From NCBI GenBank assembly GCA_965218795.1, contig OZ244653.1, positions 5,088,001 through 5,152,000 on the forward strand: a stretch of DNA of 64,000 nucleotides, written 5' to 3'. Under the pieces are notes generated by a model. It saw only the letters and a program-made list of their open reading frames with translations. It had not been told where the DNA came from and searched no databases. Positions 1 to 9,543 of the stretch are shown here, piece after piece. The position numbers and the translations under genes were made by a program. Source of the DNA: a bacterium (GTDB lineage: Bacteria; UBA8248; JACPRG01; G963555815). The first letter of the stretch is position 1. Every line of letters starts with the position of its first letter.

Positions 1-279
1 TGTGACTTGAACAACAGAGAAGCGTCCTCTCTCTGGCTGATTCGGATAGAGGAGATAGTCTCCCACTTCGACTCGGGTAAGGAATCCCAAGCATCTCTTG
101 GCAGCTTGTTCGTCTTCATTCAGCGTCTCTCCCTGCTTGATCTTCCTAAGAAGCAAGCGCAGGTCGAGATAGTCTTCGTAGGACCAACCTATCCTCGCTC
201 GGCCGGCTTGCAGTTCATCGAAAACACCGGGAATTGGCTGTCCGTCGTGTACTGTTCTCACCACAAAAACTGCCGGCAC
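1..279 (-). CDS. 5' part of a probable restriction/defence protein (N-terminal domain resembling that of Mrr-type nucleases); runs off the window edge
   Basis: Not in the ORF track. AGGAGG RBS then GTG at 279; open frame MPAVFVVRTVHDGQ...RARIGWSY...FLTRVEVGDYLLYP...FSVVQVT. Pattern resembles the N-terminus of the 51853 protein. Lower GC than its neighbours. Confidence 0.55.
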   Translation of the reverse strand, partial: MPAVFVVRTVHDGQPIPGVFDELQAGRARIGWSYEDYLDLRLLLRKIKQGETLNEDEQAAKRCLGFLTRVEVGDYLLYPNQPERGRFSVVQVT

Positions 280-540
280 CTTTGCCACCTCCTATTTTAT
301 TGGGTTTTGCGAAGGAGATACATCGTTTCTCGATGGGTTAAGCGAAAATGGGCGGTGAATTTCGGAGGAGATACATGATTTTTTGCTGGTGCCGCGCGCC
401 CTGGTCGGACGCTTGATCTAGTGGACTCCGTACTTATCTATGCTGATGCTCTCTTTTTCGTCCTGGTTTCCGCCACCTGAGACCGATTGCGGGACCATCG
501 ATGCCGGAGCCAATGGTGCGGGGGAAGCGAAAATGTCCGG

Positions 541-1347
541 TCAGCCCTTCTGCTTGGCCTCTTCCCAGAGGGCGTCCAAGGTCTCCGGATCCGCCTCCCG
601 CGGAGAGAGGCCGCGCTTGGCGAGGCTCTCTTCGATGTAGCGGAAGCGCTCCATGAATCGGGAGACCGAAACACGCAGGGCCCCCTCGGCGTCCGCCTTC
701 AGGTGACGGGCGACGTTGACCACCGAGAAGAGGAGATCCCCCAGCTCCCGCTCGATTTCGCCCGGTCCTTCCCCCCGGACGGCGGTCTCGAGTTCGCCGA
801 CCTCCTCCCGGACCTTCGCCATCGGCCCATCGGCCTCCTTCCAGTCGAACCCGACGCGGCCCGCTTTCGTCTGGACCCGCTGGGCCTTGAGCAGCGCGGG
901 CAGGGACGACGGGACGCCGTCGAAGACCGAGGGCGGCCGGTCGGCCTCGCCATTCTCTCCGCTCTCCTTGACCCGCTCGGCCAGCTTGATGGCCTCCCAG
1001 TTCCGGAGAACCTTGTCGGGGGTGTCGGCCTGGACGTCGCCGAAGACGTGGGGGTGGCGCCGCACGAGTTTTTCGTGGACGCGGCCCACGACGTCCTCGA
1101 TGGTGAAGCGGCCCTCCTCGGTCCCGACCTGCGCGTGGAAGACTACCTGGAGGAGAAGGTCGCCCAGCTCCTCCACGAGCTTGTCTTCAGAGCCTTGTTC
1201 GATGGCCTCGATGACCTCGTGGGCTTCTTCGATCAGATAGGGCCGCAGCGTCTTGTGGGTCTGTTCCCGGTCCCAAGGACACCCTCCCTCGGCGCGGAGT
1301 CGGGCCATGATTTCGACCAGATCCTCGAAGGGCCTGGGCTGGGTCAT
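541..1347 (-). CDS. mazG: Nucleoside triphosphate pyrophosphohydrolase MazG
   Basis: GCPWDREQTH, EEAHEV, EELGDLLLQVVFH and a second ELGDLLF domain. Confidence 0.95.
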   Translation of the reverse strand: MTQPRPFEDLVEIMARLRAEGGCPWDREQTHKTLRPYLIEEAHEVIEAIEQGSEDKLVEELGDLLLQVVFHAQVGTEEGRFTIEDVVGRVHEKLVRRHPHVFGDVQADTPDKVLRNWEAIKLAERVKESGENGEADRPPSVFDGVPSSLPALLKAQRVQTKAGRVGFDWKEADGPMAKVREEVGELETAVRGEGPGEIERELGDLLFSVVNVARHLKADAEGALRVSVSRFMERFRYIEESLAKRGLSPREADPETLDALWEEAKQKG

Positions 1348-1515
1348 GATTTCGGTTTCCTTTCGGGGAATTTTGGCGTATATTAGGTATTATCCATTCG
1401 ATCGATGCATTATACGGTCTTTCGGGTCATCCGCAAAGTGAGAGATTGTATTTGCGGATAGCCACGATATTTTGTGTAGATTTATAAAAAAATATCAACA
1501 TCTGGTATTTTTTGC

Positions 1516-1545
1516 TTGACTATTGAATTAACGGGGCGCTATCGT
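1516..1545 (+). promoter_or_regulatory. Putative sigma70 promoter of mutL
   Basis: TTGACT-18 nt-TATCGT in the AT-rich divergent intergenic region. Confidence 0.4.
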
Positions 1546-1617
1546 CGCGATACTCCGAATCGAGTCCGCCCGGAAATGCCGTTGCCTGGCCTCCCGTCAT
1601 CAGGGTGCTCATGACCC

Positions 1618-3537
1618 ATGGAGACGCGAATACATGTCATGCCGGCGCCGCTCGCGAACCAGATCGCCGCGGGCGAGGTCGTCGAGCGTCCGGCTTCTGT
1701 CGTCAAGGAGCTGATCGAGAACGCGCTGGACGCCGGAGCCCGCCGCATCGAGGTCGAGGTCGCCGGGGGCGGGACACACCGCATCCTCGTGGCCGACGAC
1801 GGCGAGGGGATGGCGGGCGAAGACGCCTTGCTGGCCTTTCACCGCCACGCCACGAGCAAGGTCCGGCGGGCCGAGGACCTGCACGCGCTCTCCACCCTCG
1901 GCTTCCGGGGCGAGGCCCTGCCGAGCATCGCATCGGTTTCGCGCACCACCCTCATTACGCGCCCCCGCGCTTTTGGCGGGGAAGGCTCCGCTCCTTCGAT
2001 CGGGACGCGGGTCATCGTCGAGGGCGGAAAGGAAGTCGGCGTCCGGGAGGCCGCGGCGCCGTCGGGCACGACCGTCGAAGTCCGGGATCTTTTCTACAAC
2101 ACCCCGGCGCGGCGGAAGTTCCTCAAGAGCGAGCGGACAGAGGTCACGCGGGTCGTCGAGGCGGTCACGAACGCCGCCCTGACCTTCCCGGGCGTCGCCT
2201 TCCGCCTTCGCAGCGAGAAGCGGATGCTCATTGATTGGCCCCCGGCGGACCGGGCGGGACGCGCGCGCGCGGTCCTTCAGGGCCGGGAGGCCGAGGGACT
2301 GTTTCCCCTGCCCGAGCCGCGGGGGCCGGGCGAGTCCGTCCGGGTCGAGGGGTTTGCGTCCACGCCCTCCGTCACCCGCGCGGGGCGCTCCTGCCAGCAT
2401 GTGATCATCAATGGCCGCTACGTCCGGGACCGCACGGTCGTCAACGCGTCGTACGACGTCTACCGGGGGCTGATCCCCGCCGGCCGGCACCCGCTGCTCT
2501 TCCTCTATCTGACGCTTGACCCGGCGGACCTTGACGTCAACGTCCATCCGGCCAAGGCGGAGGTCCGGTTCCGGGATGCGGGTCGCGTGTTCCCAGCGGT
2601 CCGCCGCGCGCTGGGCGAGGGTTTGGTTCGGGCCTCGGGGGTCATCGGCGTGACCGGTCCGGCTCCGCCCGCGGATGACGCTGCCGAGCCGCCGCCCTCC
2701 CCGGAATCGGCAACAGGGGCGAAGGTCTATCCTCTGCGGCGTCCGGCGGACAGGACCGAGCCGGGGACCTCCACCCGGCCCGGGCGCTGGAGTTTCACGG
2801 TGCCGGCCGGCCGGGCGGCCGGGTCGGGACGCGTGCCGGGCTGGGCCCGGGGCCCGGCCGCGGCTTCCGCGGAACCGGCTTCCGAACCGGCGCCGGAGGC
2901 CCTTCCTCCCGGCGACCCGCTGCCGCTCCTGGACGCGGCGGCCCCCAAGCGCCTGCTCTCCGAGGTCCGCGTCATCGGCCAGCTCCACGGGACGTTCATC
3001 CTGCTGGAGCATCCGTCCGGGCTTCTGGTCATGGATCAGCACACGGCGCACGAGCGGGTGCTGTTCGCGCGGCTGAAGGAGAAGGCCGACGCCGGGCGTG
3101 TCGAGCGCCAGGCCCTCCTGCTCCCCGTGGACCTGGAGGTCTCGCCCGCCGAGGAAGCGTTGCTGGCCGACCGGCTCGGCGACCTGGAGCGGCTCGGGCT
3201 GGTGGTGGAGCCCTTCGGTCCGGGAGCGTTCATCGTGCGGGAGGTCCCGGCCCTGCTCGATTGCGTGAGCCCGACCGATCTCGTCCGTGAGGTCATCGAA
3301 GGAATGGACGAGGGGGGCGGGCGGAGGAAGGACTTCTCGGACTTGGCGGAAGGTCTGATCGACCGGATGGCCTGCCGGGGGGCGGTCAAGGCCCGTCACC
3401 CGCTGGAGAAAGAGGAGATCGAGCACCTGGTGCGCGAGTGCCTGGAGCTGGACCTTTTGTTCACGTGCCCGCACGGCCGGCCCATTACGCTCGTCCTGCC
3501 GAAGGAGGAGGTCGAGCGGCGGTTTTTGCGAAGGTGA
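1618..3537 (+). CDS. mutL: DNA mismatch repair protein MutL (endonuclease-type C-terminus)
   Basis: NQIAAGEVVERPASVVKELIENALDA, GFRGEAL, DVNVHPAK, DQHTAHER, ACRGAVK, CPHGRP. Confidence 0.97.
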   Translation: METRIHVMPAPLANQIAAGEVVERPASVVKELIENALDAGARRIEVEVAGGGTHRILVADDGEGMAGEDALLAFHRHATSKVRRAEDLHALSTLGFRGEALPSIASVSRTTLITRPRAFGGEGSAPSIGTRVIVEGGKEVGVREAAAPSGTTVEVRDLFYNTPARRKFLKSERTEVTRVVEAVTNAALTFPGVAFRLRSEKRMLIDWPPADRAGRARAVLQGREAEGLFPLPEPRGPGESVRVEGFASTPSVTRAGRSCQHVIINGRYVRDRTVVNASYDVYRGLIPAGRHPLLFLYLTLDPADLDVNVHPAKAEVRFRDAGRVFPAVRRALGEGLVRASGVIGVTGPAPPADDAAEPPPSPESATGAKVYPLRRPADRTEPGTSTRPGRWSFTVPAGRAAGSGRVPGWARGPAAASAEPASEPAPEALPPGDPLPLLDAAAPKRLLSEVRVIGQLHGTFILLEHPSGLLVMDQHTAHERVLFARLKEKADAGRVERQALLLPVDLEVSPAEEALLADRLGDLERLGLVVEPFGPGAFIVREVPALLDCVSPTDLVREVIEGMDEGGGRRKDFSDLAEGLIDRMACRGAVKARHPLEKEEIEHLVRECLELDLLFTCPHGRPITLVLPKEEVERRFLRR

Positions 3538-3541
3538 GGGA

Positions 3542-4426
3542 TTGCAGGATGTGGATCGCGCAAGTGTCGGATCGGACAAGGTGAGTGAATCTCTGCAAAC
3601 GGGAGACAGTTCAGCGGCCCCATTCCTTAAATGGGCCGGTGGCAAGACACAACTTCTGCGACAGTTCGAGCCGTTTTTCCCGAAGAAAATGAATCGATAC
3701 ATCGAACCGTTTCTGGGAAGCGCTGCCGTGTTCTTTTTTATCCAGAAGCGATTCAGGCCGTTCCAGATGATTCTGGCGGACAACAATGATGAGCTGATCA
3801 ACGCGTACAGCGCTGTACGGGATGACGTAGAGAAATTAGTTGCGTTCCTGAAGGAACATCGGGAACGACACTGCAAAGAATACTATTATGAGATCCGGGC
3901 GATGAGACCCAAGAATCTTGCCGTGACTCAGCGCGCAGCGCGTTTCATTTATTTGAATAAGACCTGCTATAACGGTCTTTACCGTGTAAACTCCCGCGGA
4001 GAGTTCAATGTCCCGATGGGAAGCTATAAGGATCCAAAGATTTTCGACCCCGTCAATATGCGCTTGGTGAGCCGATGTCTTCAACACGTGCAACTCGATT
4101 GTCGGACATTCGATGAGTTTGCAGGTTTTGCCGAAAGCGGAGATTTTTTCTATTTCGACCCGCCTTATCACCCATTGTCCGCGACATCGAGTTTTACATC
4201 ATATACTCCCGAATCCTTTACGATGGAGGATCAGCAGCGTCTCAGTCATGTATATCGAAAACTGGATAAAAAGGGATGTCTTCTCATGCTAAGCAATAGT
4301 GACAGCGAATTCATCCGCAGTCTTTATAAAGGATTCAAGCTGGAAACGGTTCAAGCCCGAAGGGCCATTAATTCAAATGGACAACGGCGCTCATCCATTT
4401 CTGAATTGTTGGTCAAGAATTACTGA
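3542..4426 (+). CDS. Dam-family DNA adenine N6-methyltransferase (start codon uncertain)
   Basis: FLKWAGGK, YIEPFLGS, YNGLYRVNSRGEFNVPMG, YFDPPY, LSNSD; lower GC than flanks. Confidence 0.92.
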   Translation: MQDVDRASVGSDKVSESLQTGDSSAAPFLKWAGGKTQLLRQFEPFFPKKMNRYIEPFLGSAAVFFFIQKRFRPFQMILADNNDELINAYSAVRDDVEKLVAFLKEHRERHCKEYYYEIRAMRPKNLAVTQRAARFIYLNKTCYNGLYRVNSRGEFNVPMGSYKDPKIFDPVNMRLVSRCLQHVQLDCRTFDEFAGFAESGDFFYFDPPYHPLSATSSFTSYTPESFTMEDQQRLSHVYRKLDKKGCLLMLSNSDSEFIRSLYKGFKLETVQARRAINSNGQRRSSISELLVKNY

Positions 4427-4516
4427 AACAGCGGGACATTGGATAGAATGGTGTGTTCCCCAGGCTGATGATCTAGAGAAGGTCAGCCTATTGCCGATGA
4501 AGATAAGAGATGGGCA

Positions 4517-5320
4517 GTGAGTAGCAGTCGCATTGCCAAAGAGTTTGGTTTCACTGCTCGACAAGCGAGTTATTACCGTCATGCAGCAGAGACCCTTGGG
4601 TTGGTCAGGAAGAATTATTCTTTGACATCGTTGGGTAAGAAATATGTAGAACTGACTGGAGAAGGAAGGAGGAAACTTCTACTTGCACGGGTATGCACGT
4701 TGCCTTTAGTGAAAGAGATATTAAGAAGCGAGAAGAGGGGTGTAGAGATAAATGTTCAACGGATAGCAAATATCATTCAACGAGAAACAGGTTTAGCGCG
4801 AACCACTTCTCGTAGGCGGGCGCAGACTCTTATGGCTTGGTTAACGCCGCGAACCCTTATGGAAATTCGATCCTGCGATCTGCCGGATGCATCACAACCC
4901 CCGGCTCCTCCTGGGCCTGACATCATGAGAAGGATCTCTAGTTTAAACCGGAAATATCAACACATGGTACCGGAAAGGAGAGAACGTGTTTCAAACGAGG
5001 TAGAGCGGGCACCTCAAGTCTCCCGGTGGCTCAAAGTATTTCGAGATTATACCTGTCAAATTTGCGGTACCGAAGGGTTCCACACGAAGGATAACAGCAG
5101 GTACGTCGAAGTTCACCACATACAAGAGTTACACAAGCTTCTGCCCAAAAGCCTGTGTAGCGAAAATGTACTCGTCGTTTGTGCGAATTGTCATCGCAAA
5201 ATACATTTTGCAGATGTCGAAATCAGTGCCGATCCCAATGCCCCCCGAGTTCTTCGAATTTCGATCAACGACAATGAGTTCATTGTCGAGCGAAATGCGA
5301 TAAGCGAAGAGGTTCTATGA
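4517..5320 (+). CDS. Winged-helix plus HNH endonuclease; N-terminus apparently cut off by a frameshift near 4515
   Basis: C-terminal CQIC...EVHHI...VVCANCHRKIH HNH motif; N-terminal RQASYY..AAETLGL..RRAQTLMAW helical domain; its expected PQADD-type start lies in another frame at 4455-4515. Confidence 0.8.
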   Translation: MSSSRIAKEFGFTARQASYYRHAAETLGLVRKNYSLTSLGKKYVELTGEGRRKLLLARVCTLPLVKEILRSEKRGVEINVQRIANIIQRETGLARTTSRRRAQTLMAWLTPRTLMEIRSCDLPDASQPPAPPGPDIMRRISSLNRKYQHMVPERRERVSNEVERAPQVSRWLKVFRDYTCQICGTEGFHTKDNSRYVEVHHIQELHKLLPKSLCSENVLVVCANCHRKIHFADVEISADPNAPRVLRISINDNEFIVERNAISEEVL

Positions 5321-5475
5321 CGGATGACACTGGAATATCGCTTAAGCATTGAACTCCCGAAGTTGGATGACACGCCGTCCCCTCGGACGGCTTCCGTCGG
5401 CCTTCGGGAGAGCCGTGTCCACGATGTCGGGTTGACCCGCGAGGCCCCGAACCGCCGGGGGAACGGAAATCCGTC

Positions 5476-6135
5476 ATGAAGGACGAAGCGCTCCGAAGCT
5501 ATCCGACGATGACGGCCCTGCTGGAGAAGGAAATCGAAGGCGTGGATTTCGAGATCGAAATGGTCGAGCGGGGCTCATCCGTGGCGGTCCTGGCGCTGCA
5601 CGGCGGGGCCATCGAGCCCGGAACCGATAGCCTGGCCAGGGCCGTCGCCGGGGAGGACTTCAGCTTCTACGCCTTCCGCTCCCTGGTCCCGGACAAGGGG
5701 AGGCTTCACCACGTGACGAGCCACCGTTTCGACGAGCCCCGCTGCCAGTCCCTCGCCCGACGCGCGCGTGTCGCGTTGTCCATTCACGGTCACGACGGCG
5801 CGCCGCCCTGGGTGTTCCCCGGCGGGCGCAACATGGGCCTGCGGAAGATGGTCATGGACGCCCTGATCCGCCGCGGCGTTCCGGTCCGTTTCGCCCCGCG
5901 GCTGCGGGGGATGCGCAAGCGCAACGTCGTCAACCTGCCGGAGACGGCGGGCGTCCAGCTCGAGGTCACCTGGGGATTGCGGCAGGAATGGGTAACCCCC
6001 CTGTCCGTCGAAGCCTGGGCGGAGGGCCGCCTGACGGACCGCGGCGCGGAGGTCGTTTCGTCCCTGCGCGATGTGCTGCGGGCCGCCGACGGCGGCACGG
6101 CCGGATCCCGGGCCGCGGGCGGAGAATCGGAATGA
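5476..6135 (+). CDS. Poly-gamma-glutamate hydrolase family protein (DUF867/YjqB-like)
   Basis: ALHGGAIEPGT, HVTSHRFDEP, LSIHG, GVQLE motifs. Confidence 0.85.
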   Translation: MKDEALRSYPTMTALLEKEIEGVDFEIEMVERGSSVAVLALHGGAIEPGTDSLARAVAGEDFSFYAFRSLVPDKGRLHHVTSHRFDEPRCQSLARRARVALSIHGHDGAPPWVFPGGRNMGLRKMVMDALIRRGVPVRFAPRLRGMRKRNVVNLPETAGVQLEVTWGLRQEWVTPLSVEAWAEGRLTDRGAEVVSSLRDVLRAADGGTAGSRAAGGESE

Positions 6136-6968
6136 AAGAGGTCGCGCCGGGCGTGTTCGCCGAGACCGAATATCGCGGCTGCAACAACGGCTGCATCGTG
6201 ACGGAGGCGGGTCTCGTCCTGGTCGACCCACCGATGTGTCCGACGCACGCCCTCGACTGGAAGCGGGCCGCGGGCGGACTCGGCGAGATTCGGTTCCTCA
6301 TCAACACCGAGCACCACGGCGATCACGTGGGCGGCAACTTTTTCTTTCGGGAGGCGACCCTCGTCGCGCACGCCGTCACTCGGGAGAACACGCCGGAGGG
6401 CATCGGCACGCTGGCCTTCTGGAGAAGCCGGATGGAGGAAGCGGATCCGGAAGGTCTCCCCCTCCTCGAGGATTATGCGATCACCCTTCAGGACCTGACG
6501 TATGACGAAGGCATGACCCTGCATCTCGGGGGGAGGGAGATCCGGCTGATCCATAAGCCCGGCCACACCGGAGGCCAGACGCTGGTCTACCTGCCGGACG
6601 CGAGGGCGCTCCTGCCCGGGGACAACGTATGCAACGACTGGCCGCCGCTGCTGCAGTCGGGGGCGGCCGGACATTGGCTGGACTGCCTGGACTTTGTCGA
6701 GGCGATGGACGTGGATGCGATCGTGCCGGGGCACGGCGAGCCTTGCGGCAAGGAGGCGATTGCGCTCCTCCGCAGGGACATTCACGAGTTGATGAATCGC
6801 GTGCGGGACTGCATCGCCAAGGGCGCTTCGGAGGAAGAGACCCGATCGGCGGTTCCGTATGACCGTCGGTGGAGGTCCGTCCCGGAGGTTTTCCACGAGC
6901 GATACGCCATGCTGTTCGACAAGGGCGTCGGAAACCTCTACCGCGAGCTGGGCGGGGCCAAGGCGTGA
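6132..6968 (+). CDS. MBL-fold metallo-hydrolase
   Basis: NTEHHGDHVGGN, PGHT, GD, PGHG; ATGA overlap with the upstream stop. Confidence 0.9.
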   Translation: MKEVAPGVFAETEYRGCNNGCIVTEAGLVLVDPPMCPTHALDWKRAAGGLGEIRFLINTEHHGDHVGGNFFFREATLVAHAVTRENTPEGIGTLAFWRSRMEEADPEGLPLLEDYAITLQDLTYDEGMTLHLGGREIRLIHKPGHTGGQTLVYLPDARALLPGDNVCNDWPPLLQSGAAGHWLDCLDFVEAMDVDAIVPGHGEPCGKEAIALLRRDIHELMNRVRDCIAKGASEEETRSAVPYDRRWRSVPEVFHERYAMLFDKGVGNLYRELGGAKA

Positions 6969-7555
6969 ATCTGGAATCCGTCGACATCAACCGGATCTTC
7001 CGGGACGTGCGGGAGGTGGAGGAGTACAAGTCCCTCCGGTCGGCCTTTGCGCACCTGAACGCCCAGCGCGTGACGATGATGACCTACGCGCTGACGCTTT
7101 TCGGCGCCGTGCTCGGGTTTCTGATGCGGGGCCAGCCGCCGATTCCGTGGGAGTACAAGTCGCTCGTGCTCCTCCTCCTCCTTGGAGCCTTCGGCCTCAG
7201 CCAGCTTCGCTTCAGCCGGTACGCCTGCATGGTCGCGGCCTACCTCCAGGTCTATCACGAGAAGGACTCTCCCGCGCTGGGTTATCACACCCGAATGGGA
7301 AAGTTCGAGCCGTTTCGCCGCAGCATCCATTTGTACAACTACGCCGTGGTGTACACCGCCCTGGGGGTCGTCGCCGTAGGGCTGCCGCCCCTCATCTTCC
7401 AAGGGACCGGGACGCTTTTCACGCAAGGTTTGATCGGCGCGGTGACCGTGGCGTACTTCATCTTCAATGTACTCATGTACGGCCGCGAATTCCCCATCGT
7501 CGAGTACATCCGCGAGTGGGAGAAGGTGAGGGAACAGGAGGAAGCCGCGGCATGA
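6965..7555 (+). CDS. Hypothetical membrane protein (about 4 TM segments)
   Basis: Hydrophobic stretches; GTGA and ATGA overlaps with both neighbours. Confidence 0.75.
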   Translation: MNLESVDINRIFRDVREVEEYKSLRSAFAHLNAQRVTMMTYALTLFGAVLGFLMRGQPPIPWEYKSLVLLLLLGAFGLSQLRFSRYACMVAAYLQVYHEKDSPALGYHTRMGKFEPFRRSIHLYNYAVVYTALGVVAVGLPPLIFQGTGTLFTQGLIGAVTVAYFIFNVLMYGREFPIVEYIREWEKVREQEEAAA

Positions 7556-9120
7556 GCTCCCGCGTTCTGGTTCTCGACTTCGGCTCGCAGTACACGCAGC
7601 TGATTGCCCGGCGTGTGCGGGAGCATCACGTCTACTGCGAAATCCTCCCCTGCACCGCCGGCCTGGATGAGGTGCGGGACTTCCAGCCGCAGGGGCTGAT
7701 CCTCAGCGGCGGCCCGTACAGCGTCTACGAATCGGATGCCCCCCCTTGTCCCCCCGACGTCCTGGAGATGGAGCTCCCGGTTCTGGGGATCTGCTACGGT
7801 CTCCAGTTCATGGCCCACCATCTGGGCGGAAAGGTCCACCCGGGCGCCAAACGGGAATACGGCCCGGCCGAGCTCGACCTCCTGAACGACAACGGACTGT
7901 TTCACGGCGTGGAGAGCCCGACCCACGTCTGGATGAGCCACGGGGACAAGCTGGACGCCTCCCCGCCGGGATTCCGGGTCATCGCTCGGACGGCCAACGC
8001 GCCCATCGCCGCCGTCGGCCACGGGGAGAGAAAGCTCTACGGGCTTCAGTTCCACCCCGAGGTCGTCCACACCCCGCAGGGCAAGACCATCCTGGGGAAT
8101 TTTCTGTTCGGGATCTGCGGGTGCCGGCCGGACTGGACCATGGCCTCCTTCATCGAGACCTCGCTGGAGGCCATCCGGGAGGAGATCGGCGAGGGCGGAA
8201 GCGTTCTCCTGGGACTGTCGGGCGGGGTGGACAGCGCGGCGGCGGCGGCGCTCCTCCACAGGGCCATCGGCGAGCGCCTCACGTGCATCTTCGTCGACAA
8301 CGGCCTGTTGCGGGAAGGCGAAGCGAAAAAGGTCCTTGCCCTGTTCGGGGACCGTTTCGGGTTTGACCTGAAATTCTCGGATTCGTCCGATCGATTTCTC
8401 GAGGCGCTGGCCGGCGTGACGGACCCCGAAGAGAAGCGAAAAATCATCGGCCGCGTTTTCATCGAAGTCTTTGACATGGTGGCTGAGGAGGCCGAGCGCG
8501 AACGCGCAGGAGGGCCCTGCCCTACGCCGGTCACCCACCTCGCCCAGGGGACCCTCTACCCCGACGTCATCGAGAGCGTTTCCTTCCGGGGCCCCTCAGC
8601 CACCATTAAATCTCACCACAACGTCGGCGGGCTGCCCGAGCGGATGGGGCTCGCGCTTCTCGAGCCGTTTCGTGAGCTCTTCAAGGACGAGGTTCGCGAG
8701 CTCGGGCGCGAGCTCGGCCTGCCCGACGAGATCATTCTCCGTCAGCCCTTTCCGGGTCCCGGTCTGGCGGTCCGGATCCTGGGGGAGATTACCCGCGAAA
8801 GGCTGGACGTTCTGCGCGGGGCCGATGCCGTCCTTTTGGAGGAGGTGCGCGCGGCCGGGCTGTACGAAAAGGCCTGGCAGACCTTCTGCGTCCTTCTTCC
8901 GGTGCGGACGGTGGGCGTGATGGGGGATTGCCGGACATATGAGAACGTCGTGGCCATTCGGGCCGTCACCAGCCTGGACGGGATGACGGCCGACTGGATG
9001 CGCCTGCCGGATGAGCTCCTGGCCCGGGTGTCGGGCCGAATCATCAACGAGGTCAAAGGAATCAACCGGGTCGTTCTCGACATCACATCCAAGCCCCCGG
9101 GTACGATAGAATGGGAGTGA
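7552..9120 (+). CDS. guaA: GMP synthase (glutamine-hydrolysing)
   Basis: LDFGSQYTQLIARR, GICYG, QFHPEV, SGGVDS, IKSHHNVGG, KPPGTIEWE; true start at 7552 inside the longer ORF. Confidence 0.98.
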   Translation: MSSRVLVLDFGSQYTQLIARRVREHHVYCEILPCTAGLDEVRDFQPQGLILSGGPYSVYESDAPPCPPDVLEMELPVLGICYGLQFMAHHLGGKVHPGAKREYGPAELDLLNDNGLFHGVESPTHVWMSHGDKLDASPPGFRVIARTANAPIAAVGHGERKLYGLQFHPEVVHTPQGKTILGNFLFGICGCRPDWTMASFIETSLEAIREEIGEGGSVLLGLSGGVDSAAAAALLHRAIGERLTCIFVDNGLLREGEAKKVLALFGDRFGFDLKFSDSSDRFLEALAGVTDPEEKRKIIGRVFIEVFDMVAEEAERERAGGPCPTPVTHLAQGTLYPDVIESVSFRGPSATIKSHHNVGGLPERMGLALLEPFRELFKDEVRELGRELGLPDEIILRQPFPGPGLAVRILGEITRERLDVLRGADAVLLEEVRAAGLYEKAWQTFCVLLPVRTVGVMGDCRTYENVVAIRAVTSLDGMTADWMRLPDELLARVSGRIINEVKGINRVVLDITSKPPGTIEWE

Positions 9121-9140
9121 GGCCGGCGCGGACGCCGGCC
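9121..9140 (+). terminator. GC-rich hairpin right after the guaA stop (no U tract)
   Basis: GGCCGGCG-CGGA-CGCCGGCC perfect 8-bp stem. Confidence 0.35.
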
Positions 9141-9195
9141 CCGGCCGGAGGCGCCGACGCATGGAACGTCGGATTCACTCATCTCAGGAGGGGGC

Positions 9196-9543
9196 ATGGA
9201 GTTTCTTTGGGCGGACGACGAAGCCGTCTTCATGATCAACGTGATCACCGTACCGGAAGCTGAGGCTGACGCCTACCTGGAACGGTGGGACGCCATGACG
9301 GATTACATGCGGCGACAGAAGGGGTTCATTCGGACCAACCTCTACCGCCGGTTCGACAACCCGGAGCGTTGGGTGAACGTCGCCGTGTTTGAATCCACCG
9401 AAGCGATCCGCGCGGCCTTCTCCACCGAGGAGTTCGACCGCCTGTCGGAGGGCTTTCCGGGATACCGGGACATCGGGGTCTACGCGCGGGTTCGCTCCGC
9501 CGAGCATGCTGAGAATATTCACACCGAAAGGCCGTATCCTTGA
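9196..9543 (+). CDS. Antibiotic biosynthesis monooxygenase (ABM) family protein
   Basis: INVITV...YMRRQKGFIRTNLYR...WVNVAVFES; AGGAGG RBS. Confidence 0.8.
   Translation: MEFLWADDEAVFMINVITVPEAEADAYLERWDAMTDYMRRQKGFIRTNLYRRFDNPERWVNVAVFESTEAIRAAFSTEEFDRLSEGFPGYRDIGVYARVRSAEHAENIHTERPYP

Noticed and set aside
1609-3876. Long antisense or alternate-frame ORFs (e.g. 1609-3876 -, 11145-12431 -, 23525-24784 +, 34669-35862 +, 49301-50383 +)
   Set aside because: They overlap well-supported genes, have no recognisable motifs and are expected shadows in high-GC coding DNA.
6859-7551. Apparent 231-aa N-terminal extension of GuaA
   Set aside because: It overlaps the membrane-protein gene in another frame; GuaA homology begins at ATG 7552 with an ATGA overlap.
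9100-9200. guaA 3' end or tRNA-Val as an island integration site
   Set aside because: No integrase and no duplicated 3' end of either gene was seen in the window.
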